Positions 18,391 through 28,445 of a stretch of DNA of 64,000 nt are shown here, one piece after another. The DNA is taken from positions 224,001 through 288,000 of the forward strand of contig JBIJDH010000005.1 in assembly GCA_044344255.1 (NCBI GenBank), in the 5' to 3' direction. Positions within the stretch are counted from its first letter, which is position 1; each line of letters begins with the position of its first letter. Below the pieces are notes generated by a model, which was given only the letters and a program-made list of their open reading frames with translations, searched no databases and was not told where the DNA came from. Source of the stretch: Myxococcota bacterium. GTDB lineage: Bacteria; Myxococcota_A; UBA796; UBA2385. Both the position numbers and the translations under genes were made by a program.

Positions 18391-20832
18391 TCACAGGCTC
18401 CGCGCGAGGCGGAAGCCGGTGTCCACTCGGCGTTGGAGAGGCTCGATCTGATAGCGCGCGTCCGCCCGACACGAGCGCTCGAGGAAGCACCAGGCGCCGC
18501 CCTTCGCCGTTCGAAAGCGCGGGTTCTCCATGGGGTCTCGGAGGGGGCGGCCCTCGCGGCTGAGCGGCGGGCCCTCTGGCCGGAAGGGGTCGGAGCACCA
18601 GCAGGTCACGTTGCCGGCGAGGTGGCGGATCCCGTAGGGGCTCTCGTCCTGCGGGTGCGCGTGGACAGAGGCGGGGAAGGGCTTGTCGGGCCGGCTGTCG
18701 CGCATGGCGCTGAACGTGGGGTCGAAGAAGTCGCCCCACGGATAGACCCGCCCGTCCACCCCCCGCGCCGCCTTCTCCCATTCGAGCTCGGTGGGCAGGC
18801 GATAGGGGAGGCCTGTCTCTGCCGCGAACCAGGCCGCATAGGCGACGGCGTCCTCCCAGCTCACCAGGAAGACGGGCAGGTCGGCGGTCCAGAGGTCGCC
18901 GTCGCGGTCGGGCACGAGGGAGAAGCCGCCGTCGGCCCTTCGGCCATACGCGGGCTCGGTGGCCCCCGGCGGGCGGGGCGCGTGGTGCAGGGCCCGCGCC
19001 GCGTCTCCTTGTCGCACGAGCGCGTCGAGGAAGGCGATGTAGTCGCCGTGGGTGACGGGGAGGCGCTGGAGCGCGAAGGCGTCGAGCCAGACGCGGCGCC
19101 GGGGGAGGGCGGCCCGCACGGTGGGGTCTGTGCTCCCGGACAGGAACCAGCCGGCGGGGACGTATCGCTCCTCGGCGCGGAGCTCACCCTCGGCGAGGAG
19201 GCGGATGGGCACCGCCTCGCCGCCTTCGGGGGGTCGGGTGTCGGCCTGCTCCTGCCGGCCGACATGGAGGGGGAGGGCGGTGGGGACCCGCTCCGGGTGG
19301 TCGATCTGCAGGCGATAGCTGCCCATCGGCACCGGGACGGCCCGCAGGGGGGTCACTCCGAGCTTGCGGAGCTCCTCGGGGATCAGCCTGCGACCGATCT
19401 CCTTGTACCGATACACCGTGACCGTGGCGCCCGCCGGCTCGGTGGAGAGGCTGAGGCTGCCCCGCCCGTCCAGCCAGGCCTTGTGCAAGCCGCGGTCGTA
19501 TTCGCGCACCAGGAGGGCGTATCCAGCGGCGGCGGGGGTGTCTCCGGCGGCCTCGGCCCGCTCATGGAGGCGTCGGTACCAGTCGGCGAGGCGGTCGGAG
19601 GCCTCGGGGAGGCCGGGCTGGACGTTGCAGGCGGCGCGCAGCGTCTGCTGGTAGCGGATCTCGGCGAGGCGGGCCTCGGTCTCGAGGCGGGTGGCCTCGT
19701 CTTGTCGAGCCCAGGCGGGCTCCTTGGCCTCGACCGGGTCGCTCGGCTTCACGGCGCGGAGGCTCTCCGCGGCGGCCTCCCGGTTGCGGCGGGCGCGGTC
19801 CTCGAGGTCGCCCAGGCGGGCGATGATGGCGTCGGCGTCGGTGACGAGCCCGAGGGCCTGCTCGCGGCGGCGGGCCCCGTCGAGGAAGGCCGCGAGCTCT
19901 TGGGCGAGGGCGCCGGCGTCGGGGTAGCGGAAGCGGGGGTCAGGGTCCATCGCCCGCGACCAGATGTCGACCAGCCCATCGGGCACCTCGGCGAGGGAGG
20001 CGCCGCTCGGGTCGTTCGGGAGGGTGTCGGTGCACATCCAGGCGAGGATGGCGCCGAGGGCCCAGACGTCGGCGGGGGGCCCGACGGTGAGGCTCTGCTG
20101 CTGCTCCGGGGCCATCCAGGCGGGGGTGCCCGGGCTGAGGCCGTCGCGGGTGAGGGAGGCGGCGCGGCCCAGCTCGCGGGCCGCGGGGTGGTCGCGGTCC
20201 GGCTCGTGGAGGATCTTGGCGATGCCCCAGTCGAGCACCAGCACCTCGCCGTAGCCGCCGAGCATGATGTTGCCCGGCTTGAGGTCGCGGTGCACCACCC
20301 CGCGGGCGTGGGAATAGGCCATCGCCTCGGTGGCGCGGTGAAAGGCCTCGAGCAAGCGTCGAAAGGTCCAGCCAGAGGGGGAGGGCTGCCAGTGGCCGTC
20401 GCGGATCGCGCCTTGCACCTCGGCCACCACCTCACCAAGGGTGCGCCCCTGCACCTCCTTCATCGTGAAGAAGAGGCGGCCGTCGTCGAGGACGCCGATG
20501 TCGTGCACCGGCACGATGCCGGGGTGCTGGAGGTTGGCCGTGGCCTGGGCCTCCTGGAAGAGGCTGGAGACGAGGGAGGGGTCGTGGGAGCGGTCGGGGC
20601 GCACCACCTTCATCGCCACCATGCGGCGCAGCGTGTGGTCCCAGACCCGCCAGACCTCGCCCATCCCGCCGCGCCCGAGCACGCCGCGGCGCTCATAGCG
20701 GCGGTCGGGGTCGACCTCCAGGCCGCGGGTGGCGCCGTCTGGGTCGGCCGCCGGGCGGGTCGTCGCGGGGGCGGCCGGCGGCGTCTCCTCGTCGGACAGG
20801 GCGCCCCAGAGGGTGTCCCGCGGGTCGCTCAA
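18391..20832 (-). CDS. Ser/Thr protein kinase + helical region + FGE-sulfatase (SUMF1/CLec) domain
   Basis: [57 protein letters not shown]. Confidence 0.9.
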   Translation of the reverse strand: MSDPRDTLWGALSDEETPPAAPATTRPAADPDGATRGLEVDPDRRYERRGVLGRGGMGEVWRVWDHTLRRMVAMKVVRPDRSHDPSLVSSLFQEAQATANLQHPGIVPVHDIGVLDDGRLFFTMKEVQGRTLGEVVAEVQGAIRDGHWQPSPSGWTFRRLLEAFHRATEAMAYSHARGVVHRDLKPGNIMLGGYGEVLVLDWGIAKILHEPDRDHPAARELGRAASLTRDGLSPGTPAWMAPEQQQSLTVGPPADVWALGAILAWMCTDTLPNDPSGASLAEVPDGLVDIWSRAMDPDPRFRYPDAGALAQELAAFLDGARRREQALGLVTDADAIIARLGDLEDRARRNREAAAESLRAVKPSDPVEAKEPAWARQDEATRLETEARLAEIRYQQTLRAACNVQPGLPEASDRLADWYRRLHERAEAAGDTPAAAGYALLVREYDRGLHKAWLDGRGSLSLSTEPAGATVTVYRYKEIGRRLIPEELRKLGVTPLRAVPVPMGSYRLQIDHPERVPTALPLHVGRQEQADTRPPEGGEAVPIRLLAEGELRAEERYVPAGWFLSGSTDPTVRAALPRRRVWLDAFALQRLPVTHGDYIAFLDALVRQGDAARALHHAPRPPGATEPAYGRRADGGFSLVPDRDGDLWTADLPVFLVSWEDAVAYAAWFAAETGLPYRLPTELEWEKAARGVDGRVYPWGDFFDPTFSAMRDSRPDKPFPASVHAHPQDESPYGIRHLAGNVTCWCSDPFRPEGPPLSREGRPLRDPMENPRFRTAKGGAWCFLERSCRADARYQIEPLQRRVDTGFRLARSL

Positions 20833-23630
20833 TCGAGCCTCGGCGAGAGGGTGTCCCGCAGGCGCTTCGGCAGCCGGTCGCAGGCGGCCCGGGCATCGGG
20901 CTGTCGTCGGAGCTCCGCCACGAGCTCCGCGCGGAGCGCCTCATTGTCCTTGTGTTCGACCAGCCGGCCGCAGTCCTGGGTGGGGTGGACCGTGTCGAGG
21001 CGCCGGCCGAGCCAGCCGATCAGCGGGTCCTCGCTGATCTTCCGGGCGAACTGTCGAACGTGGATCGCGAAGGCGCCGCCGGTCTCGAACCAGGTGCGGA
21101 GGAGCCGGATGAAGGCCTCCCGCTCGGCGACGTCGAGGCCGCGGTAGCCGCGCTCCCCGTCTCCGTCGCCGGCGACGGCGGAGGGCACGCCGAGCGTCTC
21201 GGCGACGGCGTCGGCGCCGCTGCGCTGGATGAGGCGGGCCGCGAGGTCTTCACGGGCCAGGGCCCCCTTGAAGACGAAGAGGCGGAGCAGGACCTGCTCC
21301 CCGTCACCGGAGAGGAGGCGGAGCTCGGCGGCGGGGCCGACGTCGACGGAGCGCTCGGGCAGCAGGGCGAAGGCGAGCGGGTCGTTCGCCCCCCAGACCT
21401 CGATGGGCAGCTCGAGCTCCGGCAGGGCGTGGATCTTCAGCCCCTCGCCTGCGTGCTGGATGACAAGGTGAGCGCGGGCGAGCTGAGGGAGCAGGTCGAG
21501 GCGCAAGAAGGCTGGCTGGTGGCTGCCGAGGAGCTCGTGGAGGGCGTTGGCGCGGCGCTTGAGGCGGGCCGCCACCTCGGGGGGCGTGTGGGGGCCGGGC
21601 TCGAGGTCGCGGAGGCTGCTCGCCCGCCCGATGACGAGGGCGCCCTCCCGAACCACCTGATGGAGACCCTGAACCCGCCCGTCCTCCCCTCGGGAGGGGA
21701 ACATCAGGACCTCGAGGGGGGCCCGACCGCTGTCCTGGACGAGGTGGGGGAGGCGGGCCTCGAGGTTGGTCAGATCGACCACCCCCTCGATGTTGTGGCG
21801 CACCGCCTCCATCGCGTGGTCGAGCTCGGTGTAGTGGCCCCACCAGGCGCGGTGCTCGAGCACGGCCAGGGCCCGGCTGCGGATCGGTCGCCCGGCGAGC
21901 GAAGCCAGCACGGCGGAGCGGAGGGCGCGCGGATCGCGCTCGTTCAGGGCCGGCACGCGGAGGGTGACAGCGCGCAGGCGGTGGACCTCGTCACGGCGGA
22001 GGGGCCAGAGGCGCTCCCAGTCCTCCTCGGGGTCCGCGCTGGTCAGCAGCAGCGGCACCGCCCTGCGGGCCGCGGGGGCCAGGGGTCCGAGGTGCTCGGG
22101 GCCGATCGGCGCGCCCCCCGACTCCACCGACGCCGTCTCGATCACCTGACGGAGCTCGCGGATGTTGCCGGGCCAGGGCCAGTCCTGGAGGAGCGTCATC
22201 GCATCGGGGTCGATCTCCGGCGCGGGCCAGCCCGAGGCCGCGCTGAGCTCCTGGAGGAAGTGCTCGACCAGGAGGGGGATGTCCTCGGGGCGGTCGCGGA
22301 GCGGAGGGAGCCAGAGCGCGGCGCCGGGGTTGAGCCGGTAGAGGAGGTCCTGGCGGAAGGTGCCCCGTCGAATCTCCCCCTCGAGGTCGGCGTTGGTGGC
22401 GGCGACGATACGAACGTCGACCGGGAGCGCGCGGCTCCCGCCCACCGGAAGCACCTCCCGTTGCTGGATGGCGCGGAGCAGCTTGGCCTGCAGCGCCAGC
22501 GAGAGGTTGCCGAGCTCGTCGAGGAAGAGGGTGCCGCCGTGAGCCTCCTGGAAGCAGCCGCGGTGGTCGCGGGCGGCCCCGGTGAAGGAGCCCTTGACGT
22601 GGCCGAACAGCTCGCTGTCGATCAGCGCCTCACTGCGGCTCGAGAGGTCGATGGCGACGAGGGGTCCGCTGCGGCCGGAGAGCGCATGGATGGCCTCGGC
22701 CATGCTCTCCTTCCCGACGCCCGTCTCGCCGCGGATGAGGACGGGGAGCGCGCTCCGGGCGAGGCGGACGGCGCGGTCGAGCACGCGGCGGGTGGCGGCG
22801 CTCTCCCCGATGATCGCCGCCAGCTCGGGGCGGGGCGGGCGGGGCGGCGCGGGGGTCGTGTCGGGAGGCGGCGACCAGCCCTCCCCGTCGAGGGCGAGGC
22901 GGGCGCGCAGGGGCTCGAGCCAGCCCGGGTCGAGCTGGCCGGGCTCCTCGAAGAGCACCCAACGGCCACCCTGCACGCGGTCGGGCTGGGGCGCGCGGAT
23001 GACCGACAGGCCGGCGGTGGGCTCGAGGGCGGCCTGGGCCCAGCGGACGAGGCTGCGCTTGCCGCTGCCCGCGGGGCCGGACAGGGCGATGAGGCCGGCG
23101 GCGCGGCAATGGGCCAGCAGGCTGCGCCGCAGGGGCGCGAGGGAGGGGTCAACGGCGACGCGGTGGTGCTGGTCGAGCCATGCGAGCTGGCGGGCGAGCG
23201 CGCTCGGGACCCCGACCCGGGCGGCGCCGGGCGTGGTCAGGAAGAGGCGGATCTGTCGGCCCCGGGCCTGTCGGGCGAGCTCCTCGCGGGGGGCGAGCGC
23301 CTCCCAGCCGGGGCCGAGCAGCAGCCAGCCGCCCGCCGCCTGCTCGAGGACGTCGGTTAGCTCGGGCCCATCGAGGCGGCAGCCGCTCGGGAGCCAGGCG
23401 GGGTTGACGTGGACGAGCGCCCGCCAGCGGGCCTGCGCCGAGAGCCAGGCCCGGTACATCCAGCGCACCAGCACCACGGGCTCGAGGCCCTCGGCCGGGG
23501 GGAGGTCGGCGGCGCCCGTCTTCCGCCCCTGCTCGGCCATCCGATCGAGGGCCGCCACCAGCGCGGGGGCGGCGTCGAGCGCGGGCTCGGTCGGGGTGGG
23601 GAACCAGTCGGGTGGCGGAGGGATGGACAT
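20829..23630 (-). CDS. Large sigma54-type AAA+ activator with extra degenerate AAA segments and an FHA-like region
   Basis: GETGVGKE, SELFGHVKGSFTGA, GGTLFLDE, WPGNIREL; additional GPAGSGKR and WWGHYTEL segments. Confidence 0.8.
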   Translation of the reverse strand: MSIPPPPDWFPTPTEPALDAAPALVAALDRMAEQGRKTGAADLPPAEGLEPVVLVRWMYRAWLSAQARWRALVHVNPAWLPSGCRLDGPELTDVLEQAAGGWLLLGPGWEALAPREELARQARGRQIRLFLTTPGAARVGVPSALARQLAWLDQHHRVAVDPSLAPLRRSLLAHCRAAGLIALSGPAGSGKRSLVRWAQAALEPTAGLSVIRAPQPDRVQGGRWVLFEEPGQLDPGWLEPLRARLALDGEGWSPPPDTTPAPPRPPRPELAAIIGESAATRRVLDRAVRLARSALPVLIRGETGVGKESMAEAIHALSGRSGPLVAIDLSSRSEALIDSELFGHVKGSFTGAARDHRGCFQEAHGGTLFLDELGNLSLALQAKLLRAIQQREVLPVGGSRALPVDVRIVAATNADLEGEIRRGTFRQDLLYRLNPGAALWLPPLRDRPEDIPLLVEHFLQELSAASGWPAPEIDPDAMTLLQDWPWPGNIRELRQVIETASVESGGAPIGPEHLGPLAPAARRAVPLLLTSADPEEDWERLWPLRRDEVHRLRAVTLRVPALNERDPRALRSAVLASLAGRPIRSRALAVLEHRAWWGHYTELDHAMEAVRHNIEGVVDLTNLEARLPHLVQDSGRAPLEVLMFPSRGEDGRVQGLHQVVREGALVIGRASSLRDLEPGPHTPPEVAARLKRRANALHELLGSHQPAFLRLDLLPQLARAHLVIQHAGEGLKIHALPELELPIEVWGANDPLAFALLPERSVDVGPAAELRLLSGDGEQVLLRLFVFKGALAREDLAARLIQRSGADAVAETLGVPSAVAGDGDGERGYRGLDVAEREAFIRLLRTWFETGGAFAIHVRQFARKISEDPLIGWLGRRLDTVHPTQDCGRLVEHKDNEALRAELVAELRRQPDARAACDRLPKRLRDTLSPRLD

Positions 23631-23639
23631 CGAGGCGAC

Positions 23640-24527
23640 CTATCCGGGCGGGGGCGCCCGCTGCACATGGCCGGCGATGAGGGCGACCAGCCGGGGCCAG
23701 ACCGCGGGGGGGAGGCTGTGGCCCATCTTGTCGATGAGCTCGAAGCGGGCCCCGGGGATGAGGGCGGCGGTGGCGCGGCCGGCGCGGGGCGGGATGAGCG
23801 GGTCGGCGGCGCCGTGGAGGACGAGGGTGGGGGTGCGGAGCCCCCGGAGGGCGGCGCTGCGGTCGCCCGACGCGAGGATCGCCGCCATCTGTCGGAGGAA
23901 GCCGGCGGGGTTCGAGCCGCGGTCGAAGGCGAGCCGCCCGAGCGCGCGTGTGGGCTCCTCCTCGGGCGGGAGGTGGGGGCCGCCGATCACCCGCACGAGC
24001 TCGAGGAAGCGCTCGCCGGCTTGTTCGCGGTCTCTCGGCGCCGGGCCGAGCAGCGAGAGGAGGGCGCGGGGGTCGCCAACGGCGTGCGCTCGGCTGCCGG
24101 GAGAGGACATGATCGAGGTGAGCGAGCGCACCCGGGCGGGGTGCTCGAGGGCGACGGTCTGGGCGATCATCCCGCCCATCGAGGCCCCGACGAGGTGCGC
24201 GGCCTCGAGGCCGAGACCGTCGAGGAGGGCGACGGTGTCGGCGGCCATGTCTGAGAGGGTGTAGGGGGCGGCGACCGGCAGCCCGAAGGCCCAGCGGGCC
24301 ATCGTGGTGCCGATGGGGGGCACGCCCATCTCCCGCAGCCAGGTGGAGCGCCCGATGTCGCGGTTGTCGAAGCGGATGACGCGGAGGCCCGCTGCGGCGA
24401 GGCGCTCGACGAAGGGCTCGGGCCAGAGGATCATCTGCGCGCCGATGCCCATGATCAGCACCACCGGCGGGCCCTCTCCGCGCTCGTCGTACTCGAGCTC
24501 GACGCCATTGCCGCTCAGGCGCGGCAT
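23640..24527 (-). CDS. Alpha/beta hydrolase
   Basis: FDNRDIG, GASMGG nucleophile elbow, HGAADPL, MGH. Confidence 0.9.
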   Translation of the reverse strand: MPRLSGNGVELEYDERGEGPPVVLIMGIGAQMILWPEPFVERLAAAGLRVIRFDNRDIGRSTWLREMGVPPIGTTMARWAFGLPVAAPYTLSDMAADTVALLDGLGLEAAHLVGASMGGMIAQTVALEHPARVRSLTSIMSSPGSRAHAVGDPRALLSLLGPAPRDREQAGERFLELVRVIGGPHLPPEEEPTRALGRLAFDRGSNPAGFLRQMAAILASGDRSAALRGLRTPTLVLHGAADPLIPPRAGRATAALIPGARFELIDKMGHSLPPAVWPRLVALIAGHVQRAPPPG

Positions 24528-24537
24528 CGGGCGCCCT

Positions 24538-25257
24538 TCACGTCTTGGACCGGTTGCGCTGCCGCTCGGGGAGGACCTGCACGAAGCCCCCGTCCTTCTG
24601 CTTCGAGAGGCGCTCGGCGGCGGCGACGGCGGAGGCATCGACCTTCCAGCCGTGCAGCACCCCGGCGATGCGGAAGAGGTCGGCCTCGTCGCCCTCTTCG
24701 CCCTCGTGGTGTCCCGGGCCGCCTTGCGCCGACCGGCCGGACTCGGGCCTCCTGACCGCCTCGATCTGCGCCGTGTTGTCTTCCGACTCGTTGATCAGGG
24801 CCTTGATCCTGTCGTTCGAGTCTCCGAGCTGGCGGGTGAGGCTGGCGAGCAGCACCCGCCGCATCGCGGTGCCGCGCGGGGTCGCCTCCGAGACGAGGGT
24901 GCCGTAGGTGCGTCGGTCGAAGGCGGCGACGGTGACGGCCCCTTCGGCCGTGCAGGTGGCGCTGCGCGGCGAGTTGTCCACGAGCGACATGTGGCCGACC
25001 AGGGCCGGCGCGCTCATCGTGGTGAGCGCCCGCGCCCGGCCGACGTGGTCGCGGCGGGTGACTCGGATGGAGCCCTTCAGGAGCACGTAGAGCGAGTCGC
25101 CGGTCTCTCCCTCCGTGCAGAGGATCTCGTCCTGGACGAGCTTTCGGAAGGACCCCATCGCCAGGACGAGGGCGAGGCTCTGGCCGGTCACCCCTGGGCT
25201 CGGGTGGACCACCAAGAAGCGGTCCGAGATGGTTCGGAGCTCTTCGGGGCTCAACAT
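24538..25257 (-). CDS. Cyclic nucleotide-binding domain protein
   Basis: EGETGDSLYVLLKG, GHMSLVD..PRSAT. Confidence 0.8.
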   Translation of the reverse strand: MLSPEELRTISDRFLVVHPSPGVTGQSLALVLAMGSFRKLVQDEILCTEGETGDSLYVLLKGSIRVTRRDHVGRARALTTMSAPALVGHMSLVDNSPRSATCTAEGAVTVAAFDRRTYGTLVSEATPRGTAMRRVLLASLTRQLGDSNDRIKALINESEDNTAQIEAVRRPESGRSAQGGPGHHEGEEGDEADLFRIAGVLHGWKVDASAVAAAERLSKQKDGGFVQVLPERQRNRSKT

Positions 25258-25793
25258 CAGCCACCTCCAAACAGGGAGCGCAGGCGGTCGCGCAGGGTGG
25301 GCTTGGCTTCGTCCGGGGCGGGCTCGGGCGCGGACTCCGCCTTCCAGACCTGTTGGATGGCCTGGTTGGTGCGGCGGATTCGCCGGGCCAGGGTGCCGAG
25401 CAGGTATTGCTCCAAGGCGGCGATGGCGGGGTTGTTCGCCGCGGCGTCGAGGAGGGTGGGGGTGATGAGCAGGGCGACCGAGGGCTCGGCGGCGGTCACG
25501 GTGGCGCTGCGGTGGCCGCCGGGGTGAAACAGCGCCTGCTCCCCCAAGAGCTCGCCTGGGCGAATGTCACCGATCGAGCGGCTCTCTTTGCCCGAGGCCG
25601 AGTAGACCGTGGCGATCAGCTTGCCCTCGACGAGCAAGAGCGCGACGTCTGCGTCGGTGCCTTGGCGAAACACGAGGTCTCCGGCCTTGAAGGTGACCGG
25701 TGGGGCTGCGATGAGCAGCGCCTCAAGGCTCGGGCGGGGCACCGTCCCGAACATATAGAGGCGGCTCAGCTTCTCGACGTCGGACATGAACAT
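25257..25793 (-). CDS. Cyclic nucleotide-binding domain protein
   Basis: VFRQG, GELLGEQAL, RSATVTA; start is 25793 or 25787. Confidence 0.8.
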   Translation of the reverse strand: MFMSDVEKLSRLYMFGTVPRPSLEALLIAAPPVTFKAGDLVFRQGTDADVALLLVEGKLIATVYSASGKESRSIGDIRPGELLGEQALFHPGGHRSATVTAAEPSVALLITPTLLDAAANNPAIAALEQYLLGTLARRIRRTNQAIQQVWKAESAPEPAPDEAKPTLRDRLRSLFGGG

Positions 25794-25818
25794 TGCCTCG
25801 GGGTCTGCGCCGGGGAGC

Positions 25819-26271
25819 TCAGCTGGCCCGACCTGGCCATGCGGCGCGGATCGTCCAGCGGGGCCCGCGCTCCAGCAGGAGCACGCTCGCGTAGTGATGA
25901 ACCGGCACGGAGACCGGAGGGGGACCATACCGCTCTTGGAGGGACACGATCAAGGGATGGTGTCCGATGATCGCCGCGTTGGAGGCCATGGGGTCCCCCA
26001 TGAGGACCTCCCACTCCCGCTCGTCTTCGAGCGTGGTGGGCAGCGCCTGTCGGCGGACTTCGGGGAAGACCTGACCGACCGCCTCGGCGGTCTCCCGGGT
26101 GCGGCGCGTCGGGCTATGGAGGAGCAGGGTGGGGTGGAAGCCCTGCCCCTTGAGCCATTGGCCGGCCTCTTCGGCCATCCGTCGCCCGGCGGGGGTGAGG
26201 CCGGGGTCCGGCTGCCCTGCGAAGCGCTCCCCGTGTCGCATGACGGCTACCCTCACCCTGCGATGCGGCAT
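25819..26271 (-). CDS. Histidine phosphatase, SixA-like
   Basis: MRHGE, LTPAG, SPTRRTRETA, IGHHP. Confidence 0.8.
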   Translation of the reverse strand: MPHRRVRVAVMRHGERFAGQPDPGLTPAGRRMAEEAGQWLKGQGFHPTLLLHSPTRRTRETAEAVGQVFPEVRRQALPTTLEDEREWEVLMGDPMASNAAIIGHHPLIVSLQERYGPPPVSVPVHHYASVLLLERGPRWTIRAAWPGRAS

Positions 26272-26399
26272 GTCGGCCCCCGGCTCCGTGTAGCCGGTCA
26301 CCCGCATTCGCGCCTTGCCGCGGCGCCTCGGACGTGTTCCGGTGGCGCCCCGCCGTCCGCCGCCATCCCCCGCCGTCCACCCGTTTGCCCGGAGCCCCC

Positions 26400-26936
26400 G
26401 TGAAGGACTTGAAGAGCCAGCTCCAAGAGCGCCTCGGCAGCCTCCCGCTCCCGGCCACGGCCTCGGCGCCCGCCGCGCCGGCTCGGCCGCCGAAGGTCGA
26501 GCCCAAGGTCGAGCCCAAGGTCGAGGACAGCGGCGCCCTCGCCCCGAACGCGCACCTCGCTTCGCCCTGGCTGGTCAAGCTCCGCGCGGTGCGCCTGCCC
26601 GGACACTCGGTCGCCGCCAGCCCCTCGCTCGGCAACGCGCGCCAGCTCACGGATCTCGCCGTGAAGGGCCTCAAGAAGGCCGGTCGGCCCGGCGAGGCCC
26701 GCGAGCTCGATGATCTCCGCGACCGCTTCATGGACAAGCGGGCCACTGAGGCCTGGTCGCTGATCAAGCAGACCTTCACGACCTTTGACCTCCCCGATCG
26801 GGCCTACCGTGCGCTCAAGCAGAGCGACCTCGACCCCGTGACCGTCCTCACCCGCCTCCGTGCGCTGCCCGAAGACGAGCTGCGCGGCATGGGCGCGGAT
26901 CGACTCCGTGACCGCCTCTCCGCTCCGCGTGGATGA
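26400..26936 (+). CDS. Hypothetical protein with PKVE repeats
   Basis: GTG start after ggag; 12-bp in-frame repeat encoding (PKVE)x3. Confidence 0.6.
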   Translation: MKDLKSQLQERLGSLPLPATASAPAAPARPPKVEPKVEPKVEDSGALAPNAHLASPWLVKLRAVRLPGHSVAASPSLGNARQLTDLAVKGLKKAGRPGEARELDDLRDRFMDKRATEAWSLIKQTFTTFDLPDRAYRALKQSDLDPVTVLTRLRALPEDELRGMGADRLRDRLSAPRG

Positions 26937-26942
26937 ACCTCG

Positions 26943-28439
26943 ATGCACTGCTCCCACCACCCCGCCTGCCCTGGCTGCCCCCTCCTCGACCGGAGCTATC
27001 CGGAGCAGCTCGAGCTCAAACGAGCCCGCCTGCAGGCCGCCTTCGCCTTCTACCCCCACCTGCCCGAGGTGCCGCCCGTGGCGCCGGCCGCCTTCACCGA
27101 GGGCTATCGCCACCGGCTGAAGCTCCCGGTCGAGACGGGCCGAGACGGCACGCGGGTCGGCCTCTATGACCGCGGCACCGGCCGGGTGCTCGACACCCCC
27201 GACTGCCCGGTGCTCGAGCCCGGCCTCCGCGACGCGCTCGGCGTGATCCGCGGCTGGATGAAGGGGAAGGCCGACATCCACAGCGTCGACCTCCGGCGCA
27301 GCGCCGCCACCGGCGAGCTGCAGGTCGTCTTCGCCTGTGTGGGCGGCGATCTCCCCGGCGGCCCCCGCGGCGCTCGGGGGCTGATGCGCAGCCTGCCGGC
27401 CCTCACCTCGCTGGCCGTCAGCCGCGCCGACCCCGAGCGGAAGCGCGTGATGGGTCAGGACGCCAAGGTGCTCGCTGGCAAGCCCTTCATCGAGGAGGCC
27501 ATCGGCAGCGTGCGCTACCGGCTGCACCCCGGGGCCTTCTTCCAGGTCGACCCCCGCACCGCCGAGCTCCTCCACGGCATCGTGCGGGACGCTGTCGGCG
27601 AGGCCAACCGGGTGCTCGACCTCTACGCCGGCGTTGGCGCCTACGCCCTGATGCTGGCCGAGGGCCGCACCTCGGTGCTCGCCGTCGAGGAGGTGGCCGC
27701 GGCCGCGCGCTCCGCCCGCGAGATGGCGCCCCCGAACGTGAAGGTCATCGAGGGGCGTGTCGAGGACGTCGATCTCGGCCACAAGGTCGAGGCCACGGTC
27801 ATCAACCCGGCCCGGCGCGGCTCCGATCCCGCCACCCTCGCCCGCCTCGCCCACCACAGCCAGCGCATCATCTACGTCTCCTGCGGCCCCGAGACGCTGG
27901 CCCGCGACCTCGACTGCCTCGCCGCCAACGGCATGCGGCTCCGCGGCCTCTGGCCGATCGACCTCTTCCCCCAGACCGCGGAGGTCGAGACGGTAGCGCT
28001 GCTCGAGCGGGGCCACGCCCTCGAGAGCTGGTCGGTCCCGGGCGGCAAGGCCCGCGGCCCCTGGCGTGGCGAACCGTCGGGGGCGATCGGTCGGCCAGAG
28101 CGCCTGATCGCGCTGGCCATCGGCGACACCGGCGAGTCCGGCAACCTCCCCGGCGGGCACTACCGGCGGGTGGCGACCATCGCCACCCACTCCCTCGTGC
28201 GCATCGAGCTTGAGGGGGCGCCGATCCCCGCCCTCGCCAGCCTGTCCCGGCGGGGCCACCCCATCGCCGGCCGTGACCCCCGCACCGCCCGCTTCTTCGC
28301 CGACAAGGCGGGCCTCGTCCGACCCTTCTTGCACGTCGAGCGGGCCGGCAAGGTCAAGGCCCCCCTGCACGGTGACCTGCTCCAGGCCCTTGAGGCCCTC
28401 GGCGCCGACGAGCGGCTGCTCAGCCGGGTCCGCGGCTGA
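26943..28439 (+). CDS. RlmD/RumA-like RNA m5U methyltransferase with C-terminal extension
   Basis: CSHHPACPGC and DCP Fe-S ligands, FFQV, LDLYAGVG, NPARRG, YVSC, DLFPQT. Confidence 0.85.
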   Translation: MHCSHHPACPGCPLLDRSYPEQLELKRARLQAAFAFYPHLPEVPPVAPAAFTEGYRHRLKLPVETGRDGTRVGLYDRGTGRVLDTPDCPVLEPGLRDALGVIRGWMKGKADIHSVDLRRSAATGELQVVFACVGGDLPGGPRGARGLMRSLPALTSLAVSRADPERKRVMGQDAKVLAGKPFIEEAIGSVRYRLHPGAFFQVDPRTAELLHGIVRDAVGEANRVLDLYAGVGAYALMLAEGRTSVLAVEEVAAAARSAREMAPPNVKVIEGRVEDVDLGHKVEATVINPARRGSDPATLARLAHHSQRIIYVSCGPETLARDLDCLAANGMRLRGLWPIDLFPQTAEVETVALLERGHALESWSVPGGKARGPWRGEPSGAIGRPERLIALAIGDTGESGNLPGGHYRRVATIATHSLVRIELEGAPIPALASLSRRGHPIAGRDPRTARFFADKAGLVRPFLHVERAGKVKAPLHGDLLQALEALGADERLLSRVRG

Positions 28440-28445
28440 GGCGGC

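Noticed and set aside
18391..18520. DGR variable region in the first kinase-FGE gene
   Set aside because: No close paralog or template to compare, and it lacks the CCTTG repeat and 20-mer found after the tandem copies
15594..20832. FGE domain acting as maturase for the nearby sulfatase-like enzyme
   Set aside because: The enzyme lacks (C/S)xPxR and the FGE domain is a kinase-fused CLec-type module
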